Below are positions 58,085 through 64,000 of a DNA stretch of 64,000 nt, piece by piece. The translations under genes were made by a program, and so were the position numbers. How positions within the stretch are numbered: position 1 is the first letter of the stretch; each line of letters begins with the position of its first letter. The notes below the pieces were generated by a model, which saw only the letters and a list, made by a program, of their open reading frames with translations, did no database searches and had not been told where the DNA came from. The DNA comes from an uncultured virus (IMG/VR IMGVR_UViG_3300042090_002752) (lineage: Duplodnaviria > Heunggongvirae > Uroviricota > Caudoviricetes): IMG/VR virus record IMGVR_UViG_3300042090_002752, one strand, 5' to 3'.

Positions 58085-59670
58085 TCGACCGTCCATCCCG
58101 AACACAATTCCCGCATGCCCTGCGATCGGAACGCCACGGTGACCTTGCCCGTGCGGCCGTCGTAGCCGACCCGCTCGACCAGCAGGTTCACCATCCGTGT
58201 TTGTTGGTGCGTCCGCAGTGAGTTCCACACTGGTTCGAACCGTTCGAGCGCGGACAGAACATCAGCTTCATCAAGCGGATCATCCTCCAATACTTCGAGT
58301 TCGGCCCGCAGCGTGACGAGACGGTCCTCGATGGCCTGAACCTCTTTGTGCAATTCGACGAGCCGGTCGAATCGCGCCGCCGCACCATCATCAGTGCCAC
58401 CCATCGTTGCGGCGCAGGCCATCTCCGCGTTCAGCCGCCGGAGTTGTAACTGGCCTGCCGCTTCGTCGTTCCGCAGTTGCTCGGTTCTGGCCGCAACTTG
58501 AGCCCGCGCATGTTCCACCGTTCTGCGGGCAATCTCGGGATCGCTGCCCAGCCGACGGATGCTTTCGATGACCGCCGCTTCAATCGCGTGCGCGGCGACC
58601 GATTTGGTCTCGCACGTGTTCCAGCCCCGCTGCTGCGCGTTTAGGCAGACGTAGTATCGGTAGCGTTTCGCTCCGCGCATCGTATACGTGGGGATCATCG
58701 GGGTGCCACAAGGAACGCAGAACACGAGCCCGTGGAGCAGTGCGCCGTACTTGTTGCGCGTCCGGTCGCGGCCGGCGGCGCCGTTGCGGCCGAGGAGCTT
58801 CTGAACGTGCTCCCAGGTTTTCGCGTCAATGATGCCGTCCTGCTCGCCCTCGTAGATAGTTCCCTTGTGGTTGATCTTCCCGGCGTAGACCACGTTGGTC
58901 AGCAAGCCGTACAAACGACTCTTGGTGAAAGGCTTGCCACCATGTGCACGCCCCTCGGCTGACCGCCAGCTCTTGGTGCGCCAGTCGCGTTGCCGGAGTT
59001 TCTCGACCACCGCGATGGCGGCCTGATGCTCGATGTAGAGATCGAAGATGGCCCGCACGCGCGTAGCCTCCTCGGCGTTGACGATCAGGCGGCCGCCGCG
59101 CGGGTCAATATCGTAGCCAAGGATAGGATGTCCTCCGATCCATTTGCCTTTCTTCCTGGCCGCCGATTGTTTGTCGCGGGTGCGCTCGGAGATGATCTCG
59201 CGCTCAAACTGTGCGAAGGACAAAAGGATGTTCAGCGTCAGCCGCCCCAGCGAGTTGGTCGTATTGAACTGCTGGGTGACGGACACGAAGCTAGCGCCGC
59301 GCTTGTCAAAGACCTCGATGATTCGCGCAAAGTCCATGAGAGACCGGCTAAGTCGGTCGACTTTGTAGACGACCACGCAGTCCACCTTGTCGGCCTCGAT
59401 ATCCCCAAGTAGTTTCTTCAGCGCCGGCCGCTCCATGTTGGCACCGGTGTAGCCGCCGTCGTCATAACGGTCCGTGAGCAACTGCCAGCCTTCGTGACGC
59501 TGGCTCAGGATGTATGCCTCGCCCGCCTCGCGCTGCGCGTCGAGCGAATTGAACTCCTGCTGGAGGCCTTCGTCAGTGGACTTCCGTGTGTAGATCGCGC
59601 AACGGATCGGCTTTGCGACGGGTGCCGCGACGTTGCCGTTTGCCTTGCCACTACCGTTTCTCGTTGCCAT
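58081..59670 (-). CDS. Large serine recombinase (integrase)
   Basis: CAIYTRKS, YKVDRLSRS, FAQFEREIISERTRDK; recombinase domain; zinc ribbon C..CG..M...YRYYVC; coiled coil. Confidence 0.95.
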   Translation of the reverse strand: MATRNGSGKANGNVAAPVAKPIRCAIYTRKSTDEGLQQEFNSLDAQREAGEAYILSQRHEGWQLLTDRYDDGGYTGANMERPALKKLLGDIEADKVDCVVVYKVDRLSRSLMDFARIIEVFDKRGASFVSVTQQFNTTNSLGRLTLNILLSFAQFEREIISERTRDKQSAARKKGKWIGGHPILGYDIDPRGGRLIVNAEEATRVRAIFDLYIEHQAAIAVVEKLRQRDWRTKSWRSAEGRAHGGKPFTKSRLYGLLTNVVYAGKINHKGTIYEGEQDGIIDAKTWEHVQKLLGRNGAAGRDRTRNKYGALLHGLVFCVPCGTPMIPTYTMRGAKRYRYYVCLNAQQRGWNTCETKSVAAHAIEAAVIESIRRLGSDPEIARRTVEHARAQVAARTEQLRNDEAAGQLQLRRLNAEMACAATMGGTDDGAAARFDRLVELHKEVQAIEDRLVTLRAELEVLEDDPLDEADVLSALERFEPVWNSLRTHQQTRMVNLLVERVGYDGRTGKVTVAFRSQGMRELCSGWTVE

Positions 59671-60160
59671 TGGCGCTCCCCACGGGCATATGGAAAAAGA
59701 GGTAGCCATTCCACTTGGTCCCGGTGATCTCCTTCGCGATTGCGCTCAGCGATCGGTACCGCTGGCCGTTGTAGTTGAACCCGTCCTCGCAGACCTTTAC
59801 GATGATCGTCTGCCCTTTGTACTCGCGCTCGAGCACCGTGCCTGGAAGAGGGCGCCGCGGATCCGCGTCCGGCGTGATCTTGTCCTGCGCGCACCGCCCG
59901 CCGGCCGCCTCGAAGTCGAATCCCTTCGGCGCTCGAATCCGCAGGTCGGAGTCATTGGCGATCTCGAGGGCACGCCGGCGCGCTCGCTCCGACAGACCGC
60001 CCTCGGCGTTGGCCTGGAGCCGCCAGGCGATGCGCCGGAACAGAAACTGTTTATGGTTGGACCGCGACTCCTCGCCAAACACTTCGCGGTACCGCCCGCG
60101 CAACTCCCGTACTGTCATCCGCCGGAGCGCTTCAATCTGCGCACGAACTTGAATCTGCAA
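59651..60160 (-). CDS. DUF2924 protein
   Basis: RIAWRLQA.AEGGLS, PGTVL.REYKG and SLSAIA.EITGT.WNG..FF motifs; TTG start follows AAAGGAG. Confidence 0.9.
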   Translation of the reverse strand: MQIQVRAQIEALRRMTVRELRGRYREVFGEESRSNHKQFLFRRIAWRLQANAEGGLSERARRRALEIANDSDLRIRAPKGFDFEAAGGRCAQDKITPDADPRRPLPGTVLEREYKGQTIIVKVCEDGFNYNGQRYRSLSAIAKEITGTKWNGYLFFHMPVGSANGNEKR

Positions 60161-60329
60161 ACCCTTCTCCTTTCTCGGAGGCGTTAACCTCATGTCCATG
60201 AGGGCTCGCTTCGGCGGTCGTATCAACTGGCTCTTGGCGGCGGTTTGTGCGGTACCGGAGGTAGCCGTCGGCCAGGATCGTGGCGACGCTGTCCAGGTCT
60301 TCCAGCAACTCTTCATCGCAGATGTTCAC
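60132..60329 (-). CDS. Small hypothetical protein preceding DUF2924
   Basis: GGGAG RBS; VATILA.GYLR helix. Confidence 0.5.
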   Translation of the reverse strand: MNICDEELLEDLDSVATILADGYLRYRTNRRQEPVDTTAEASPHGHEVNASEKGEGFADSSSCAD

Positions 60330-60508
60330 GCGTCATCTCCCTGGCGGGAGCCGCGCGGCGAATGGCTGTAGGAGTCGGCCGAAGTGGAACACGGAGAGGC
60401 AATGCAATACTGTGTCCCGGCATTCTGGCCGGCGCCCACAGCGATGTCCGCCTCGCGGTAGTCCCGCTGTCTGGTGAATTCGGGGCGGCTAATTACGTCC
60501 CCATTAGA

Positions 60509-60542
60509 AATATGTGCGAAGCGTTCGAAAAACGTCCGGTTG
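60509..60542 (-). promoter_or_regulatory. Putative phage-specific promoter motif, copy 2
   Basis: 30/34 identical to 42831-42864; lies upstream of the DUF2924-recombinase operon. Confidence 0.6.
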
Positions 60543-61035
60543 CAGACCAATCCGAGTGACGGTGTTAACCGCGCGGACGTTCTCCGGCACGCAGCGGAGA
60601 GTTTTCGTGGAAAAGGGCGTCTCGCAGCCGGCTCAGCAGACTCACCCGAATTCTCCACTACGGAGCATGCGACTCTCGCCGACCTGTAAGTGCTTGGCTA
60701 TGTTGAGGAAAGGACGCCGCGTTCAGGCGGGCAGGGAAAGGGCGATGAAGTTAACAGGCGGGGAAAACAAATTCGGGTAGAAATGAATTGGCTCCCCGAG
60801 AGGAACCCTGGTACGAACAGGCGTTTGGAGAAACCGAAGGACACCGATTTCTCCGTCCTGTTAACCGCTCGGGGAGATTTCGTAAGCGCGAACTCCCACT
60901 TGATATTCGGCTTTCAAAGAGCCCGATGGACCGAACAATCATACATCAGGCACTCTCTGACAAAAGTGACAGAGCCGGGACAGCGCCGCAGCCAATCAAT
61001 CTCGATCTGACGGCTTCGAGGAAATCCGCGCGGGC

Positions 61036-63267
61036 TCACCAACCAACTCGCTGAGGCGGTGGAACAGGCACCGGCAGCACCTGGTGTTGAATGTGGCCCA
61101 GTACCGCATTATCAACATTGTGCTGGCGCTGTTGCACCGTAACTGCGTAGCGCTGCCAAGTCGCCGGCTCAAGCACCGATCGGCCATACGCGAGCAGGAT
61201 CTTGCGTCCATCCGGCTCGCGTCGGTGGACACATTTCTCGTCCCGGACCTTCTCAATCCGCTCGCGGTACAGAATCATCGCATCGCACAGTTCGTGAATG
61301 GCTTCGAGGTCCTGACCAAACTCCTGTTGGATGTCTTTACGGGCGCACTCCGATTTGAGGGGCTTGAGGTAGTTGTCCCACAAACACTCCGTCAGATCTC
61401 TGAACTTCAGAAAATAGACGTCCCACAGGTCACGACACTCCCACCAGCTTTGCGGAGGTACGTTACCTGCCCGGGCCTCGAGCGCGATCACGACGCGCTC
61501 GATTTGCATGCGGAGGAGACTGCCCATCGACAGGAAGATCTGAAGGAAATTCGCGACACCATCGAGAGCCAGCGATTCTGTGTGGCGCTTCAGTTTCTTG
61601 AGATGCCGTTCGAAGAACTTCAATGTCGCCTCGTGAAGTGTTTTGCAGATCTGCAAATTACGTTCACCAAGATGGCGCATTCCGTCCTGCCCCTCCCAGA
61701 CTGGCCGGTTCCTGAGGGCAGGAGGACGAGGTGCGTTCACGATTGGAATGTCGCAGAAGTTCAGAAACGTCAACAATGCGGCGTCGTCTCCCGCCCGCAG
61801 CAGATCGTTCAACACCGAAAAAAATTGCCCTGCGCTCTGAGTCGCTTCTCGGATGTGTCGCTCCTGTCGGACACTTCCCTGTGTCTTGATGTCCAGGAGG
61901 TTCGTCACGAAAACCAAATTGCTCAACTGCTTGTGTCCGTCGGCGGTTTCGATGCTGACCAATGTTGACAACTCCTGTAGCCGCGAAACACTCCGTTCGG
62001 GAACAGTGGCGGTGAAGCGCTCATCAGAAATTCTACCGATCGGTAAGACTTGCCCACGTGAGCCTTGGACGTGAAGCCTGGCTGCGATCGCCGAACTTCC
62101 GATCTCGGATGGTACGCAGGCGCGCATCATCAACCTGTCATCTGCAAGTACGGCATCGATCAGCCGGACCGGCATCGAAGGGTAGTTCTCTTCCTCATCG
62201 CGGGCTGCCGACTGCAGTTGATCTGGTGACCGAAGGTGGTAACCCGACCCGGACGGATCACAGAAACGTCGCGGGTCGAGCGCCTTCGCTGAAATGTCAG
62301 GCACAACGACCACCGTCTCAATGTTGCCAGCCTTCCCGTGCTTGAGTAGCGCAGGACTCGTGAAGTTGGCGCTGCCGTAGACTAGGAACCTGGTCCGGCC
62401 AGACTCGAAGATGATAGCTTTTGCATGAAGAGGCTGCTGGTGGCCATCGTCCTCGTAAGAGCACAGCAAGATCTCTGCACGTCCAGACCGAACGCACGGG
62501 TGGCTCAGCCACTCTGGCGTCATCGTGGTCACCCCGTTTTGGGTGTACAGCAGGAGCTTGCCGGGCCCAAAATCCCCGATAACACGGTCGATTAGGGTGG
62601 GCGAATCATCAAAGAATCGAGAGACGACGTGAATGCGGTCGACTGGACGAGGCACCATGGCCGTGATTTGGTCCCACAGCGAGTACTCCAAATTATGAAG
62701 CAGACGGACGGACCTGGCCGCGGATCCGGGAGTCCCACCCAACCAAGGAGTCGTGCGCCGGAGCTCCTGTACGTTTGAGGCCAGCGATTCTGCCGGCCAG
62801 TTCTCGGCGAGCGCCGAGACAAAGGCGAAGGCGTCCTGGAAGACTGGAAGGAGCCCCTCCTGATCATCCACCTCGAAATCGAACACATCTGCGAGTTCAG
62901 CGTTGGATGTCAGCCCGGGCCGTGTGAAGTTGGCACTCCCGAGGATTAACCGGCCGGACGTCTTCGTGGTGAAGAGGAAGAGTTTGGGGTGAAAGCGACC
63001 CTTCGTGTCGATCGGACTCAGCAGATATCGAAGGTTGACTTGCTTCGGCCGCTGCGACTCCGGGGCGAGCGTGATTCTCTGGTATGTAGTACGGTCAGTG
63101 CAAACGGAAATGTTGTTGTTGCTGCTCAAAGCACTGAATCGCTCCAAGCAGTAATCTTCGAAGAACAACGGTTCGAACGTGTATGTACAGAGAATCGCGT
63201 TGTGGTACGTGCGCCTCGACAGCGCGTCGTGCAAGTCGAGCCTCGTGTTCTTACTTCCGCGTGCCAT
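61036..63267 (-). CDS. Phospholipase D-superfamily protein with two HxK motifs (putative nuclease)
   Basis: TYTF, FHPKLFLF...GSANFT and LHAKAIIF...GSANFT motifs; long helical C-terminus. Confidence 0.85.
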   Translation of the reverse strand: MARGSKNTRLDLHDALSRRTYHNAILCTYTFEPLFFEDYCLERFSALSSNNNISVCTDRTTYQRITLAPESQRPKQVNLRYLLSPIDTKGRFHPKLFLFTTKTSGRLILGSANFTRPGLTSNAELADVFDFEVDDQEGLLPVFQDAFAFVSALAENWPAESLASNVQELRRTTPWLGGTPGSAARSVRLLHNLEYSLWDQITAMVPRPVDRIHVVSRFFDDSPTLIDRVIGDFGPGKLLLYTQNGVTTMTPEWLSHPCVRSGRAEILLCSYEDDGHQQPLHAKAIIFESGRTRFLVYGSANFTSPALLKHGKAGNIETVVVVPDISAKALDPRRFCDPSGSGYHLRSPDQLQSAARDEEENYPSMPVRLIDAVLADDRLMMRACVPSEIGSSAIAARLHVQGSRGQVLPIGRISDERFTATVPERSVSRLQELSTLVSIETADGHKQLSNLVFVTNLLDIKTQGSVRQERHIREATQSAGQFFSVLNDLLRAGDDAALLTFLNFCDIPIVNAPRPPALRNRPVWEGQDGMRHLGERNLQICKTLHEATLKFFERHLKKLKRHTESLALDGVANFLQIFLSMGSLLRMQIERVVIALEARAGNVPPQSWWECRDLWDVYFLKFRDLTECLWDNYLKPLKSECARKDIQQEFGQDLEAIHELCDAMILYRERIEKVRDEKCVHRREPDGRKILLAYGRSVLEPATWQRYAVTVQQRQHNVDNAVLGHIQHQVLPVPVPPPQRVGW

Positions 63268-64000
63268 CGCTTTTCAGAATTCGCGTCAGTTGTCGGCGGC
63301 CGTCTGCAGTGATCGAGATGTTGCCATCGGACCCAAAATCGAGCAGGCCGACATCCCGGAGGATACGAACAGAGTTCCAATGCCGGGAGGACCGAAACAC
63401 CGGTTGATAATCCTGATCCTTGTGTATCTTGCCGTCGAGGCGATGTAACCAGCAGCTTTCCAGTCGGCCCTTCTCGTACATCACGCGGTCGTGCTGGTCG
63501 AGCACAAACGGCTCCATCAGAGACGCGATCGCAGACTTCCAGTCGAGATCAGGCCGGAGCCACCGATCCAACGCTGGCAGCACAATCCCCGTCCAGAGAT
63601 TCGAGCCCGCCTTCGCGCCGATATATCGGGCGTATTCGTTGCGAGCGCTTCTCCACTTTGAATACAGGACAGCCAAGATCCCTACGGCTGCGGCTGCAAT
63701 CTCTTCTGGCTTGCCATCGCTATCTGCAAGGGACCACTCGCTTTTGTCACTGGTGGCATCGATGTCCTTCCGCGCCTCGCGACAGTGATCTTCTGAGGGG
63801 ACGGAGTCCATCTTGAGTGCCAACATGAGATCTCTCGGCGTCGCACCGGCACCAAATAGGCCAACCAACGTCGAGCGGAAGTTCGGCCCCGTCAGACTTG
63901 AAGACACGTCGTCGAGCGCCATTCCCGATGGTTGTAGGTTCAGTGTCTCGAGTGCGCAGTACAGCAGGTTCTCAAGTCCCTGGGTGAGGTACTCATGGGC
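63251..64000 (-). CDS. Hypothetical protein coupled to the PLD gene; 5' end lies outside the window
   Basis: Frame stays open to 64000 (AHEYLTQGLENLL...); overlaps the PLD start by 17 bp. Confidence 0.75.
   Translation of the reverse strand, partial: AHEYLTQGLENLLYCALETLNLQPSGMALDDVSSSLTGPNFRSTLVGLFGAGATPRDLMLALKMDSVPSEDHCREARKDIDATSDKSEWSLADSDGKPEEIAAAAVGILAVLYSKWRSARNEYARYIGAKAGSNLWTGIVLPALDRWLRPDLDWKSAIASLMEPFVLDQHDRVMYEKGRLESCWLHRLDGKIHKDQDYQPVFRSSRHWNSVRILRDVGLLDFGSDGNISITADGRRQLTRILKSDGTRK

Larger units (their letters stand above)
2800..60800 (-). mobile_element. Prophage with lambda-like head, P2-like contractile tail and serine-recombinase integration; boundaries approximate
   Basis: Contiguous recombinase, replication, methylase, terminase, portal, capsid, baseplate, sheath/tube, tape measure and lysozyme genes; att cores not identified. 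Confidence 0.9.

Overview
This GC-rich window probably comes from an Acidobacteriota (Bryobacteraceae/Solibacter-like) genome, inferred from the repeat domains of the leftmost gene. It is dominated by an apparently complete ~58 kb prophage (~2.8-60.8 kb), almost all on the minus strand. From right to left the prophage carries: a DUF2924 and large serine recombinase module; cargo (HTH-like protein, IS630 scar, TPR membrane protein); an early operon (AlpA-like HTH, sigma-like factor, two ParB-fold proteins, PD-(D/E)XK nuclease, AAA_24, DUF669, ERCC4, RecD2, CHC2-Toprim-VapE primase/helicase) followed by an ori-like iteron array; two ParB-fused DNA methyltransferases; lambda-type head genes; a P2-type contractile tail with an E/E' -1 frameshift; a lysis region; and a signal-peptide-bearing tail-fibre-like protein with a small secreted paralogue. 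An opposite-strand, lower-GC cassette (DUF5519, CHAT protease-pYEATS, ferritin-like di-iron protein) is inserted between the capsid and head-tail genes. It is bordered by a tRNA-Gly relic and is the best candidate for an undescribed defence system. The left flank is a large secreted repeat protein truncated by the window edge. The right flank is a double-HKD phospholipase-D-type gene and its partner, a possible defence locus. All family calls come from reading motifs by eye; no database search was run.
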